DNA of 64,000 nucleotides from an uncultured delta proteobacterium (GCA_963815115.1 CAWFFN010000012.1:480001-544000), one strand, 5' to 3'. Numbered from the stretch's first letter, positions 1 to 14,346 are shown. Notes: generated by a model not told the origin, from the sequence alone. Numbers and translations are program-made.

Positions 1-1262
1 TGTAGATGATGGCGGTGTTGCGCGTCAGGTCGGGTGCGACCGCCGAGGCCCACGTGCCCTGGCACTGCGCCGGCGCGGTCACGCCGTAGCGGCCCTGGCC
101 GTAGCTGTCGATGCAGTGCGGGCCGCTGGCGCGCGCCAGGTACTCGCGCACCTCGCGGACGGCGTCGTCCACCCACCAGATGTTGGAGAAGTACGCGCGC
201 TCCGTGCCGAAGGTGTTCTCGTTGAACGCGGACACCACGGGCGCGCACGAAGCGCCGCTGCAGTACTGCCCGAGCTGGAAGAGACCGCCGAGCGCCGGGA
301 CGCTCACGCTGCCGAAGAGGTAGTTCTCGATCGCGGGAGGAGAGCTGAGCGGCTGGTGCGGGACGCGAGGCGCGACCCAGGCGAAGAAGTGCTGCATGGT
401 GTACGTCGCCGGGTTGCTGCCGGGCACGCGCAGGAAGAGGCCCTCGAGGAATTCGAAGAGGTCCTCCATGTTGAAGATCTTGGTCGGCGTGTAGTCGGCG
501 GCCGCCTCCGATCCGCACTGCGGCGGGCCGCCGTTCACGCCGGGCGTGCAGTTGGTGCGGCCCAGGCGGCGCCCGCGCGCGAGCGCGTCGAAGCCGTGGT
601 CACCGACGGAGCCGGTGAACTTGCCGCCGAGGAAGGTGCAGTAGCCGCCGATGCTGTTGCCCTGGTTGAACGGGTCGGCCGGCGACGGAGCGCCGTCTCC
701 GAGCGCGCGCATCACCTTCGGGATGGTGGCGAAGCGGTCGCCGATGTGCGACGCCCCGCCGTAGTTGCGGGCGTAGCGGCCGGTGAGCAGCGTGTCGAGC
801 GAGGGGAAGCACCACGAGGCGGTGTTGTGGGCGATGGGGAAGACGGTGCCGTAGCCCGCGAGCACGTCGAGGTTGGGCGTCGACGGCGGCGGAATCGGGG
901 TACCGCTCTGGACGCTCCGGCACTCTCCCGCGGTGCCGAAGTGGCAGGAGCCCTGGTCGTCGGCGATGAAGAGGACGACGTTCGGTCGCGGCGCGATCGG
1001 CGCCGGTTCGCACGTCATGCCGTCAGCCCGAGCAGACGCCGTTCGCCGGGCAGGCGGCGCCGCCGGCGCAGGTTCCCTCGACGAGCGGACAGCAGGGACG
1101 CGTCCCCGGGCGGTGGTTCGGCGAGTAGAACACGGCCGGGGGCTCGCACTTGGAGACGCGCTTCGACCACTTGATCCTGGCGGCGCGTGCCGGCGGCGCG
1201 CCGACGAGGGAGATCATGGCGAGGAGAAGAGCGGCGCAGGCGCGAGGCACGGGGATCCGCAT
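1..1262 (-). CDS. Secreted Cys-rich sulfatase-like hydrolase, paralog of 2751..5033; runs off the left edge; one frameshift near 1027-1029
   Basis: Signal peptide MRIPVPRACAALLLAMISLVGAPPARA. Removing one base at the CCC (1027-1029) joins GVCS to ADGMTCEPAPIAPRPNVVLFIADDQG...TPNLDVLAGYG...NTASWCFPSLDTLLTGRY, a sulfatase N-terminus collinear with the downstream paralog. Confidence 0.8.
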
Positions 1263-1382
1263 GTGCCAGGGCCTGTACGCGAAGGCGGACATTCCGGTCA
1301 ACGAAAATCGGCCTCCGAGCACCCGCCATGCGAGAACGCATGACCCCGAGGCGCTCGCGATCGTCGCCGGCGGCGCGTGAGT

Positions 1383-2461
1383 TCAGAAGAAGCGACGGAA
1401 CGCGGAGGGCAGGCTCGCGGGCGGCGACGGAACGACGGCGGGCTCGACGCTGCTGAAGGTGTTCCAGAAGAGCAGCGGCCTGCCGCGCAGCGCGGGTGAC
1501 GCGCCGTGGTGCAGGAGCGCGGCGAGGCACTTGGCGGTGTAGGTGTGGTCGAGCGAGACGCCCTCGTGCTGCACGGCCATGCGGCCAGCCGCTTCGCCTT
1601 CGGGGGTGACGGCTCCGTAGCCCGCTCCGATGAAGCGACGCTCGATCTCGAGATCGTCGCGGGAGAGGACGATGCGGCGCGCGGCCGCGTCGAGCCTGGC
1701 GAGACACGCGCGCGCCAGCCGCAGCAGCCGTCCAGCAGTCGGCGGCATGATGTCCGTGACGAGCACTCCGACGACGCGGCTCGCGAGACCGCCGATCCGC
1801 AGCCCCGCCACCAGCCCCGCCACCGTCCCCCGCTTCCCAGCGCGACGAAGATCGCCGCGGGCTCGGGCAGGAGCCCGCCGCGCACCTGCTCGGCGAGCTC
1901 GAGGCCCGCGTTCACGTAGCCGAGCGCGCCGAGCGACGAGGTCCCGCCCGTCGGGATCAGCTCCAGCGGCTCCCCGCGCAGCCGGCCGCGAGCGAGGATG
2001 GCGAGCGCTCGGCGGGCGGCGTCGAGCACTCCGTTCGCGAGATGGAGCTCGGCGCCGCACCCGTGGAGGAGGAGCAGGCAGCGCTGGACGTGCGGCGTCA
2101 CCGGCTGGGGAACGAGGACGAGCGTCGTGTCGAGCCCAGCGGCTCGCGCGCACACCGCCGTCGCGAGTCCGTGATGGGTGCCGATCGCGCCGAAGGTGAG
2201 CACGCGCCGGCGGCCGCGTGCCCGTGCCGCCCCCAGCAGGAGCTCGAGCTTGCGCGGCTTGTTGCCGCCGTAGAGCGTGCCGCTGACGTCGTCCCGCTTG
2301 ATCCAGAGCGACGCGATGCCGCTGGCGTGCGCCAGCCGCTCCAGCGGCTCCACCGGCGTCGGCAGGGTCGTCAGCGGCACGCGGGGGAGATGCGCCGGAT
2401 CGGGTAGCCGGCGAGCCAGCGGTGCGAGCGTCGCCACCGAGTCGAGCGCGAGCGGCGGCAT
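1383..2461 (-). CDS. PLP-dependent D-cysteine desulfhydrase / ACC deaminase family enzyme; frameshift near 1827-1831
   Basis: Motifs LWIKRDD, GGNKPRKLE (PLP Lys), IPTGGTSSLGALGY, then in another frame GTVAGL...LDHTYTAK...LLFWNT. One missing G in a G-run restores GSGGT. Confidence 0.85.
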
Positions 2462-2750
2462 CCCTTCTCCTATCACGCGCTCTCCGCCGTTCCCGGCTGC
2501 GTTGCCGGAGGCCACGACGTTCGCCGACCGAGCCGTTCGCGCGACTCCATGTGAGATCGGATCCTGCGATGCGGCGGCAGCCTGCTACCTTCGTCCGAGG
2601 TCTCCGGCAGCGATGCAACCCGCGTGCTGTCCATTCATCGCAGCACGCGGAGTCGAAGTCGCTCGCGCGCGCCAGCGCGACGGTAAATCACGTCGCGAAG
2701 CCAGAAATCGCTTGACTCAGCAGCCGGAGGGAGACTACTCGTGCCCGGCG

Positions 2751-5033
2751 GTGCGTGGGCGGTCATTAGCTCTCTTGCTACTTGGGATCGGCGCGCTCGC
2801 AGCCGCGGGAACGGCGCGCGCTGGGGTGCTGTGGAAGGGCGGGCCCCCGGGCTGCGAGCCGCTATCCACGTTCTACTCGTCGTCGCACCAGCCCGGGAGG
2901 CCGCCGTGCTGCTCGACGCAGCCCGCCATCTGCCCGGGTGGGACGGCCTGCCCGGGGACCGGCCGCTGTCCCGGGACCGGGACGCCCTGCGTGGCCTCCC
3001 AGGCGCCGACGCGCCCCAACGTCATCCTGACCATCTCCGACGACCAGGGTTCGTGCCACTACGGCACCGCGGGAGAGTGCCGGAGCGTCCAGAGCGGTAC
3101 CCCGATTCCGCCTCCCGTGACGCCCAACCTCGACCTCCTGGCGGGCTACGGGACCGTGTTCCCGATCGCCCACAACACCGCCTCGTGGTGCTTCCCCTCG
3201 CTCAACAGCATGCTCACCGGGCGCTACCAGAAGAGCTTCGCGGGCATGCGCCGTGACCTGAGCGGAAACTTCCGCACCATCCCGGCAGTCCTGCGCGACC
3301 TCGAGGGTTTGCCCGGCACGGTGCGCGATCCCTTCGACGCCGACAACGTGATCGGCGGCTATTGCACGCTGCTCGCCGGCAAGTTCACCGGCGCCGCCGG
3401 CAAGACCGAGTTCAACGGCCAGGCGCGCACCGGTGAGCGCGCGCTCGGGAGAGAGCTGTGCAGCTCGGGGTCGCCCGGCCAGCCACCGCTCTGCGGCACC
3501 CAGAACCAGGTGAGCTACAGCCCCCTGACGACGCTCCACCTGAAGGACCTGTTCGAGTTCATGGACAGCGTCTTCTACCCGGTTCCGAACGCCGTAGGCG
3601 CCTTCACCCACGCCCCGTTCTTCATCTGGTACGCGCCCCGCATCCCGCACGCGCCGCTGCGCGCCCCCGCCCAGATCGAGAGCTACCTCTTCGGAACCGG
3701 TCTCGGCGGCATGCTCCAGCTGGGCGGGATGTGCAGGGGCGGGTCGTGCGCGCCGGCGGTCCAGTCCTTCAGCGAGTCGAACTTCGGGAACGAGCGCGAC
3801 TACTACGCCAACGTCTGGTGGGTGGACGATACCCTCCGCGAGATCCGGAAGTATCTCAGTCGCAAGAGTCAGCCGCACTGCATCCTGCGCAACGGTCAGA
3901 GTCGCTTCACGGCGACGACTCCGTCGCAGTGCACCGGGACCTGGGCGACCAGCCTCGCGCCCGAGCTCGATCGCAACACGGTCATCATCTACCTCTCCGA
4001 CAACGGCTGGTTCCTGCCTGACTCGAAGCACAACTTCTCCGAGAACGGCTACCGCACGCGCTTGCTGGTCTTCGACCCGCGCACGACGGGCGCGGTCCCG
4101 GGGTATCTGGCAACGGGACCCCAGCCGCCGCCCTACGAGAGCCCCGGGCTGGCACATTCGACCGACCTGCTGCCGACGATTCTCGGCTTCGCCCTCGGCA
4201 CGCCGGGTTCGCAGGCCTGCCCGGTGAGCAGCGACCGCACGGCGTGCGACGGGCGCGATCTCCGGCCGTTCCTGCGGCCGCTCGGCGCCGTCGCGTCCCC
4301 GCTGGCGGCCGACGCGCTCTCCCAGCCGCCGCTGCGCCACGCGCTGTGCGGGCATCATACCCAGCGTGGCACGGCGCCCACCCGCCAGCGGTACCTGCTC
4401 ACGCGCCCGGGAAGCGTCGGGCGCTGTGTCGACCGCTCGCTGCCCGCTTGCTCGAGCGCGGGCGGCTGCGCCGCGGGACAGACGTGCATCGGAGGCCACT
4501 GCGCCGCGACGAGGGACGTCCTGTGCGCGACCGCGTCGCAGTGCCCGCGGGGATCGGCCTGTCTGGGCGGGCGTTGCCGCGTCGGGCCGCCCTGCGTCGA
4601 CGATCAGACCTGCGCCTCGCTCTTCCCCGGACAGGGCACCGCCTGCCTGGAGCAGACGACGAAGTGGTGTCGCAACGCTCCCAATCAGGCGTGCGAGAGC
4701 GCGGCCGACTGTCCGACCTGCCCCGCCGGGGTGGGCGCGGTTGCGGCGCCGTGCAACCGCCTGTGCGAGGCGCGGCAGCTGAAGCTCTATCTCGGCACCA
4801 ACAGCAGCGCGGCCGAGCTCGTCGATCTGTTCGTCGATCCCGACGAGCGGGGACGCCGCGGCGACGGCGACGCCGGGCTGTTCACCGACATGTCGTCCCC
4901 GAGCGGTCCGTATCGCAACGATCTCGGCCGGCTGAGCTGCTGCGTCGACGCCTGGTGGCCGGAAGGCGCCCGCGGCGGCACGCGCTGCTCGTCGGCGTAC
5001 TCGTGCCCCGCCGACTTCACCTGCAATCAGTAG
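2751..5033 (+). CDS. Secreted Cys-rich sulfatase-like hydrolase
   Basis: Signal peptide, RPNVILTISDDQG, TPNLD, CFPSLNSMLTGRY, PRIPHAP, NTVIIYLSDNG, DLLPTIL, DGRDL and DPDE motifs; Cys-rich inserts and tail. GTG start chosen from the signal peptide. Confidence 0.85.
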   Translation: MRGRSLALLLLGIGALAAAGTARAGVLWKGGPPGCEPLSTFYSSSHQPGRPPCCSTQPAICPGGTACPGTGRCPGTGTPCVASQAPTRPNVILTISDDQGSCHYGTAGECRSVQSGTPIPPPVTPNLDLLAGYGTVFPIAHNTASWCFPSLNSMLTGRYQKSFAGMRRDLSGNFRTIPAVLRDLEGLPGTVRDPFDADNVIGGYCTLLAGKFTGAAGKTEFNGQARTGERALGRELCSSGSPGQPPLCGTQNQVSYSPLTTLHLKDLFEFMDSVFYPVPNAVGAFTHAPFFIWYAPRIPHAPLRAPAQIESYLFGTGLGGMLQLGGMCRGGSCAPAVQSFSESNFGNERDYYANVWWVDDTLREIRKYLSRKSQPHCILRNGQSRFTATTPSQCTGTWATSLAPELDRNTVIIYLSDNGWFLPDSKHNFSENGYRTRLLVFDPRTTGAVPGYLATGPQPPPYESPGLAHSTDLLPTILGFALGTPGSQACPVSSDRTACDGRDLRPFLRPLGAVASPLAADALSQPPLRHALCGHHTQRGTAPTRQRYLLTRPGSVGRCVDRSLPACSSAGGCAAGQTCIGGHCAATRDVLCATASQCPRGSACLGGRCRVGPPCVDDQTCASLFPGQGTACLEQTTKWCRNAPNQACESAADCPTCPAGVGAVAAPCNRLCEARQLKLYLGTNSSAAELVDLFVDPDERGRRGDGDAGLFTDMSSPSGPYRNDLGRLSCCVDAWWPEGARGGTRCSSAYSCPADFTCNQ

Positions 5034-5045
5034 GGCGCCACCGCG

Positions 5046-5423
5046 TCAGCCCAGCGCTCGCGCGGCGACGAATCCGAGCCAGACCGCGGCCAGTCCCACG
5101 ATCAGACTGACCAGCACGTAGACGGCCGCGAGGAGCAGACTCCCCTCCCGGATCAGGAGGAAGGTCTCGTACTCGAAGGTGGAGAACGTCGTGTACGCGC
5201 CGATGAGACCGGTGGCGACCGCGGGCCGGAGCACCTGAGGGAGGGGGAAGGTCTCCAGTGCGCCCATGAGGAAGCCGAGGAAAAGGCACCCGCTCAGGTT
5301 GACGATCAGCGTCCCGTAGGGGATCAGGACGCCCAGTCGGGCGGTGACCAGGGTCGCGATCAGCACCCGGGCGTTGGCGCCGAGGAAGCCGCCGATTCCG
5401 ACCCACAGCGTCTGCCTCAGCAT
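5046..5423 (-). CDS. crcB: Fluoride efflux channel FluC/CrcB
   Basis: 125 aa, four TM segments, motifs GGFLGANAR, PYGTLIVN and TGLIGAYTTFSTF. Confidence 0.93.
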   Translation of the reverse strand: MLRQTLWVGIGGFLGANARVLIATLVTARLGVLIPYGTLIVNLSGCLFLGFLMGALETFPLPQVLRPAVATGLIGAYTTFSTFEYETFLLIREGSLLLAAVYVLVSLIVGLAAVWLGFVAARALG

Positions 5424-5471
5424 CGCTCTCTCACGTTGCGCGGTCTTCCGACGGGGGGTAGCTTCCGGTAC

Positions 5472-5919
5472 GTGCCACGTCGCCCTGCGAGCCAGCCCGG
5501 CGATCAACCGCCTGCGCGGCCGCATCCACGCCGCCGGGCTGCGCAGCACGGGGCCGCGACTGGCCGTGCTGCGGCAGCTCGAGCATGCGCGCATCCCGGT
5601 GACCCATGCCGACATCGTCAACGACCTCGCACCACGGGGATTCGACCGCGCGACGATCTATCGCAATCTGATCGACCTGACCGAGGCCGGTCTCGCATCG
5701 CGCACGGATCTGGGCGACCACGTCTGGCGGTTCGAGCTCCGGCAGCAAGTCCGTGCCGGCGACGGCGAACATCCACACTTCATGTGCACCGATTGCGGCA
5801 CCGTCGCTTGCCTGCCCGGGGTGACCATCCGCATCCGCTCGTCGCGCGGCTCACCTCGCTCGGTGCGGCAGCGGCACGTGGACATCCAGCTGAAGGGTCG
5901 CTGCGACCGCTGCGCCTGA
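5472..5919 (+). CDS. Fur-family metal-dependent transcriptional regulator; start uncertain, possible frameshift near 5499
   Basis: GLRSTGPRLAVL, DRATIYRNL, HPHFMCTDCG and C-terminal GRCDRC. No good in-frame start; GTG at 5472 becomes in frame if one G near 5499 is removed. Confidence 0.85.
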
Positions 5920-6026
5920 GCGCTGCCCCATGGGCGTCCCGCGGCATCGGCCATCGCCTACGGGAAGTCCGCTACGCGTGCAAGGTGCGGCGGATCACCG
6001 GGGGCCCGGGGATAGATGAGGGACAG

Positions 6027-7510
6027 ATGAAGCTCGCCCACAAGCTCACCATCGCGCTCGTGCTCGGCATCACGCTGGTGATGGCGGGAAATGCCGTCTT
6101 TCAGGTCCGGCGTGAGGCCGAGCTGTTCGACGCCGACTCGTCGCACGATCAGCACACCGTCGGCCGCGTGCTACGCGCCTCCATCGAGGCGGTGTGGAGC
6201 GCCGACGGGGAGGCCGCGGCGCGCCGGCTCATCTCCGATGCCAACGAGAGCAACACCGATCTGACGCTGCGCTGGGTGTCGCTGTCGCCCGGTCAGGCAT
6301 CGGCCGACGCGCCCGAGGTCCCGATCGACCGACTGTCGGCGGTGGTGGCCGGACACGAGACCGTGGTCCGGGGCAGGCTGCCGTCGGGAGACGACCGCCG
6401 CATCACGTACATCCCCATCTCGGTGGACGGCAGGCAGCGCGGGGCGCTCGAGGTGTCGGAATCGCTCTCGCCGGAGCGTCACTTCATGCGCGCCACGGAG
6501 CTCCAGGTCGTCGCCACGACGGGTCTGATGATCGTCCTGTGCGCCGGGATCGCGCTCGGTCTCGGCTTCTGGTTCGTCGGCCGCCCGATGCAGGCGCTCT
6601 GTGACAAGGCGCGCCGCGTCGGTGGCGGGGATCTCTCGGGGCCGCTCGTGGTACGGCAGCGGGACGAGATCGGGGAGCTCGCGCGGGAGCTCAACTCGAT
6701 GTGCGCGCGGCTGGCCGAGACACTCGAGCAGCTCGCCGCGGCCAGCGAGGCGCGCATCGCGGCGCTGGAGCAGCTTCGGCACGCCGACCGTCTGAAGACC
6801 GTGGGACATCTCGCCTCGGGCGTGGCACACGAGCTCGGCACGCCGCTCAACGTCGTCTCGGGGCGCGCGAAGATGATCGCCCAGGGCCTGGTGAGCGGCG
6901 ACGACGTCGCGGAGAACGCCCGCATCATCTCCGAGCAGGCGGCGCGCATCGCTGCCATCATCCGCCAGCTGCTCGACTTCTCCCGCCGTCGCGGCCCACG
7001 CCTGGGTCCCGGAGACCTTCGGGCCATCGCGGTGCGCACGGTCGAGCTGCTGGCCACGCTCGCCCGCAAGCGCTCCGTGACCCTCCACGTCGAGGCGGCC
7101 GAGAACGCCGTGACGGCGCACATCGACGAGGCACAGGTCCAGCAGGTGCTGGCGAACCTCGTCGTCAACGGCCTGCAGGCCATGCCGCACGGCGGCCGCT
7201 TGCTGGTGCGTCTGGGCCACCAGCGCCTCACGCCGCCCCCGGACGTCGGCGGCCCGGCGGCCGACTACGTCGCCGTTACCGTCCAGGACGAGGGAACCGG
7301 CATCGGCGCCGACATCCTGCCGCGCATCTTCGAGCCGTTCTTCACCACCAAGGAGGTGGGTGAGGGCACCGGCCTCGGACTCTCGGTGGCCTACGGCATC
7401 GTCCGGGAGCACGGCGGCTGGATCGACGTGGAGAGCACTCCTGGGGAGGGAAGCCGCTTCACCATCTTCCTGCGCCCGGCCCCCGAGGAGACGCTGCGCG
7501 AGGCACACGG

Positions 7511-7514
<4 letters not shown>
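6027..7514 (+). CDS. Membrane sensor histidine kinase (HAMP-HisKA-HATPase)
   Basis: Two TM segments, HAMP (DEIGELARELN), H-box AHELGTPL, N-box NLVVNG, DEGTG, EPFFTTK, GTGLGL. Confidence 0.93.
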
Positions 7515-8875
<1,361 letters not shown>

Positions 8876-8894
8876 CGCGGCGCCACGGCACCCT

Positions 8895-8905
8895 GGCAAT
8901 TTGCC
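8895..8905. promoter_or_regulatory. Palindrome GGCAATTTGCC, candidate upstream activator site
   Basis: Perfect 5-bp inverted repeat about 80 bp upstream of a sigma54-type promoter, directly after the activator gene. Confidence 0.35.
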
Positions 8906-8981
8906 CCACGCGGTGCGTCGCAACGCCGCGTTCCGCAAGGCCCTTCGGCGGCCGGTCGGGTCCCGGCGACGGCCTCGGGTC

Positions 8982-8997
8982 CGGCACGAAGCCTGCA
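8982..8997 (+). promoter_or_regulatory. Putative sigma54 -24/-12 promoter
   Basis: CGGCACGAAGCCTGCA has GG-N10-GC spacing and is close to TGGCACG-N4-TTGC; it lies 40 bp before the ATG at 9037, which has an AGGAGG RBS. Confidence 0.6.
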
Positions 8998-9036
8998 TCG
9001 ATCGACGGCATTCAGCAGCAGGTCAGGAGGTCCCCG

Positions 9037-9489
9037 ATGAGCACTGCACTCGCCGTCGAGTCCGTGGGTGAGACGAATCAGTCTCAGGACGAGCCCGCGC
9101 TTGCATCGCAGCCTTGCGTGGTCCTGGCCGAGGACGACCGGGAGATGCGGATGCTGCTCGCTGCCGCGCTGCGAAAGGCGGGCTATGACGTGGTCGAGGC
9201 GCTCGACGGCGTCGATCTCCTCGACTGCATCGCCTGGGTGGTCGAGCGCCGTTCCGACTGGAGCGAGACCGTGCTGGTCTCCGACGTGCGCATGCCGGCG
9301 ATGGGCGGCCTCGAGGTCCTGGCGCGCCTGCGCAGCATGGGATGGCCGGGGCCGATCATTCTCATCACCGCGTTCGGCGACGAGGCCACCCACGACCTCG
9401 CCCGGCGGCTCGGCGCCAGCCGGGTGCTCGACAAGCCGTTCGACCTCGACGTGCTGTGCGATGCGATCCGGCAGGTGCACCCGTCATGA
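9037..9489 (+). CDS. Stand-alone receiver-domain response regulator
   Basis: VVLAEDD, SDVRMP, ITAFG and KPF motifs; AGGAGG RBS. Confidence 0.9.
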   Translation: MSTALAVESVGETNQSQDEPALASQPCVVLAEDDREMRMLLAAALRKAGYDVVEALDGVDLLDCIAWVVERRSDWSETVLVSDVRMPAMGGLEVLARLRSMGWPGPIILITAFGDEATHDLARRLGASRVLDKPFDLDVLCDAIRQVHPS

Positions 9490-9773
9490 CCGTGCTCAGG
9501 GTCCGGGCGCGCGTCGTGCGCGCGGGTCCGTCCGCCCCGGCGCTCGAGCGGGTGGGACCGCTCACGCCGTATCTGGCCGAGACGATCGTCGAGGACGCCC
9601 TCGCCGCCGGGCCGGGCAGCCGGCTCCGGGTCGAGCTGTCGCGGCCCGACGGTACCCACCTGCTGCGGACCCTGCGCCTCTCGCTCGACGCCCTCGCCGC
9701 CCGCGGCATCGCGGTCGACATCCGCGCCGGAGGGGGCGCGTGGACGACCGCGCCCGCCGAGAGCGCCGCCTAG
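9486..9773 (+). CDS. Small hypothetical protein (95 aa)
   Basis: ATGA overlap with the upstream regulator; typical codon usage; fills the gap to the next gene. Confidence 0.55.
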   Translation: MTVLRVRARVVRAGPSAPALERVGPLTPYLAETIVEDALAAGPGSRLRVELSRPDGTHLLRTLRLSLDALAARGIAVDIRAGGGAWTTAPAESAA

Positions 9774-9863
9774 CCAGCCGCCGATACCTGGCGCGGCTGG
9801 TACGCCGCCGGGGCCTCCGCTAGACTCGCGCGCCGCGCCTCGGGCGCACGGGAGCACGCACGG

Positions 9864-10436
9864 ATGGCCCACGACTTCGTCACGCTGGTGTCTGGCCTGC
9901 CGCGCTCGGGCACGTCCATGATGATGCGGATGCTCGAGGCCGGGGGAATGCCCGTGCTCGCCGACCACCTGCGGACGGCGGACGAGGACAACCCCGAAGG
10001 CTACTACGAGTTCGAGCGCGTCAAGAAGATCGAGCACGACACGGCGTGGCTCGACGAGGCGCGCGGCCGCGTGGTGAAGATGATCTCCGCGCTGCTCAAG
10101 CACCTGCCACCGCAGTACCCCTACAAGATCGTCTTCATGCGCCGGAAGCTGGAGGAGGTGCTTGCCTCACAGCGCGAGATGCTGATCCGCCGCGGCAAGC
10201 CGGCAGACCCGACCGGCGATGCCAGGATGGCGGAGTACTTCACCAGCCATCTCCGTCGCGTCGAGACCTGGCTGGCGGAGCAACCGAACGTGGACGTGCT
10301 CTACGTGAGCTACAACGAGCTGATGCAGGACCCCGAGATACACTGCGCCCGGGTGGCGCAGTTCCTCGGCCTGCCGCTCGACGCGCCGAGCATGGCGTCG
10401 GTCGCCTCCCGGTCGCTCTATCGGCAGCGGCGCTAG
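9864..10436 (+). CDS. Sulfotransferase-family P-loop protein
   Basis: 5'-PSB-like motif VSGLPRSGTSMMM, NPEGYYE, VFMRR..EEVLASQ, VSYNEL..DP. Confidence 0.85.
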   Translation: MAHDFVTLVSGLPRSGTSMMMRMLEAGGMPVLADHLRTADEDNPEGYYEFERVKKIEHDTAWLDEARGRVVKMISALLKHLPPQYPYKIVFMRRKLEEVLASQREMLIRRGKPADPTGDARMAEYFTSHLRRVETWLAEQPNVDVLYVSYNELMQDPEIHCARVAQFLGLPLDAPSMASVASRSLYRQRR

Positions 10437-10537
10437 CGCAGAGCGGTGGCCAGCGGCGTCGGACGGAGGTCGGCGCGACGCCGGAAGACGCGCCGCGCTC
10501 GGCCTGACCGCCGGCGGTTCCGGCAGCTCGCGCTTCT

Positions 10538-10566
10538 TTGCATCCGGAGCCACCTTCGCCTATAAG
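10538..10566 (+). promoter_or_regulatory. Sigma70-type promoter of hppA
   Basis: TTGCAT-17 bp-TATAAG, followed by AGGAGG and ATG at 10607. Confidence 0.6.
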
Positions 10567-10606
10567 CTCTCGCCTTTTACCAACCCCCGCAGGAGGCCCA
10601 CCCCTG

Positions 10607-13024
<2,418 letters not shown>

Positions 13025-13065
13025 GCGGGCGGCCGCGGGCGTGCCGGCGGGCACCCCGGCGCGGG

Positions 13066-14346
13066 TCAGGCGGACGTCTTCTGGGAGCGCGGCTGCTCGT
13101 CGGCCCGCTCGTCGCGTCGTGCCACGGTGACCAGCACGGACACCACGCGGCGGCGCTGGACCTTCTCGGCGCGGAACACGAGCTCCTCGTAGCGGACCTC
13201 CTGGCCCTCCCGGGGAATGGCGCCGAGCAGGCCGATCATGAGCCCGCCGACCGTGTCCCACTCCGCACTCGGGAGCTCCACGCCCAGGAGCTCTCCGAGA
13301 TCGTGCACGGTCATCGCGCCCGCGACACGGTAGACGCCGTCGGATACCGTGACGAGCTCGGGCTCGTCGGGATCGTACTCGTCCTCGATCTCGCCGACGA
13401 GCTCCTCGAGCACGTCCTCCAGGGTGATCAGCCCCGCGACCGACCCGTACTCGTCGGTCACCAGCGCGGCGTGAAACTTCTGCCGCTGCATCTCGCGCAG
13501 CAGCTCCGCCACCTTCTTCGAGTCGGGCACGAAGTGGGCGGGACGGATCACCTGCGCGAGCGGGATGTCCTGCTGGCCCTGATGCAGCGCGCGCAACAGA
13601 TCCTTTGCGTAGACGAAGCCCTCGCAGTGGTCGAGGTTCTCGCGGTAGACCGGAACACGCGAGAACCCGTGGCGCAGCATCACGTCCTCCACGTCGTGCA
13701 GCCGCCGGCCGATCTCGACCGCCACGATGTCGGGGCGAGGCACCATCACCTCGCGCGCGACCGTGTCGCCGAAGGCAAAGATGGAGTGGATCAGCTCGCG
13801 CTCGTGAGGCTCGATGCTCCCCTCCTCGTGCCCGACCTCCGCCATGGTGCGGATGTCCTCCTCGGAGACGAACGGACCCTGCTTGAGGCCCTTGCCGGGG
13901 AGGAGCACGTTGGCGAGCCCGATGAGCGCCCGCGTCGGCACGCTGAGCATGCGGCCGAGGAAGTAGACCAGGGGCGCGAGTGCGAGGGCGGCCCGGTCGC
14001 TGTGCAGGATGCCGAACGTCTTCGCCATCGCCTCCACCACCACGAAGTAGACGATGGTGAATCCGACCGAGATGAGGGTGATGCCGAGGCTGCCGAAGTA
14101 GTACGCGGAGATGATGGCGACCAGGATGGCGGAGCCGTTCTGCACGAACATGACGCCGAGATAGACCCCGTTCAGATAGCGCGCGGGCTCGCCCGCGAGG
14201 CGCTCGAGCAGCGCCGCGTTGCGCCCGCCCTCGGCCTTGAGCGCGAGTGCCCGGACGCGGGTCATGCGGCTGAGCGAGCTCTCGGCCATCGCCAGCACGG
14301 CGCCGAAGAGCACGAGCACGACGACGACCCAGACCAACGCCGTCAT
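13066..14346 (-). CDS. HlyC/CorC (CNNM-CBS-CorC) family Mg/Co transporter
   Basis: Hydrophobic DUF21-type N-terminus, REVMVPRPDI, FSRVPVY, VTDEYGSVAGLITLEDVLEELVGEIEDEYD, DTVGGL. Confidence 0.92.
   Translation of the reverse strand: MTALVWVVVVLVLFGAVLAMAESSLSRMTRVRALALKAEGGRNAALLERLAGEPARYLNGVYLGVMFVQNGSAILVAIISAYYFGSLGITLISVGFTIVYFVVVEAMAKTFGILHSDRAALALAPLVYFLGRMLSVPTRALIGLANVLLPGKGLKQGPFVSEEDIRTMAEVGHEEGSIEPHERELIHSIFAFGDTVAREVMVPRPDIVAVEIGRRLHDVEDVMLRHGFSRVPVYRENLDHCEGFVYAKDLLRALHQGQQDIPLAQVIRPAHFVPDSKKVAELLREMQRQKFHAALVTDEYGSVAGLITLEDVLEELVGEIEDEYDPDEPELVTVSDGVYRVAGAMTVHDLGELLGVELPSAEWDTVGGLMIGLLGAIPREGQEVRYEELVFRAEKVQRRRVVSVLVTVARRDERADEQPRSQKTSA

Noticed and set aside
1021-1029. In-frame TGA after a Cys-rich stretch as possible selenocysteine readthrough
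   Set aside because: The sulfatase continuation is in a different frame, so a one-base indel explains it and readthrough does not.
5424-5500. Fluoride riboswitch upstream of crcB
   Set aside because: No recognisable consensus, and too little space.
8893-8905. TGGCAATTTGC as the sigma54 promoter
   Set aside because: The GG-GC spacing is too short. The properly spaced element is at 8982-8997.
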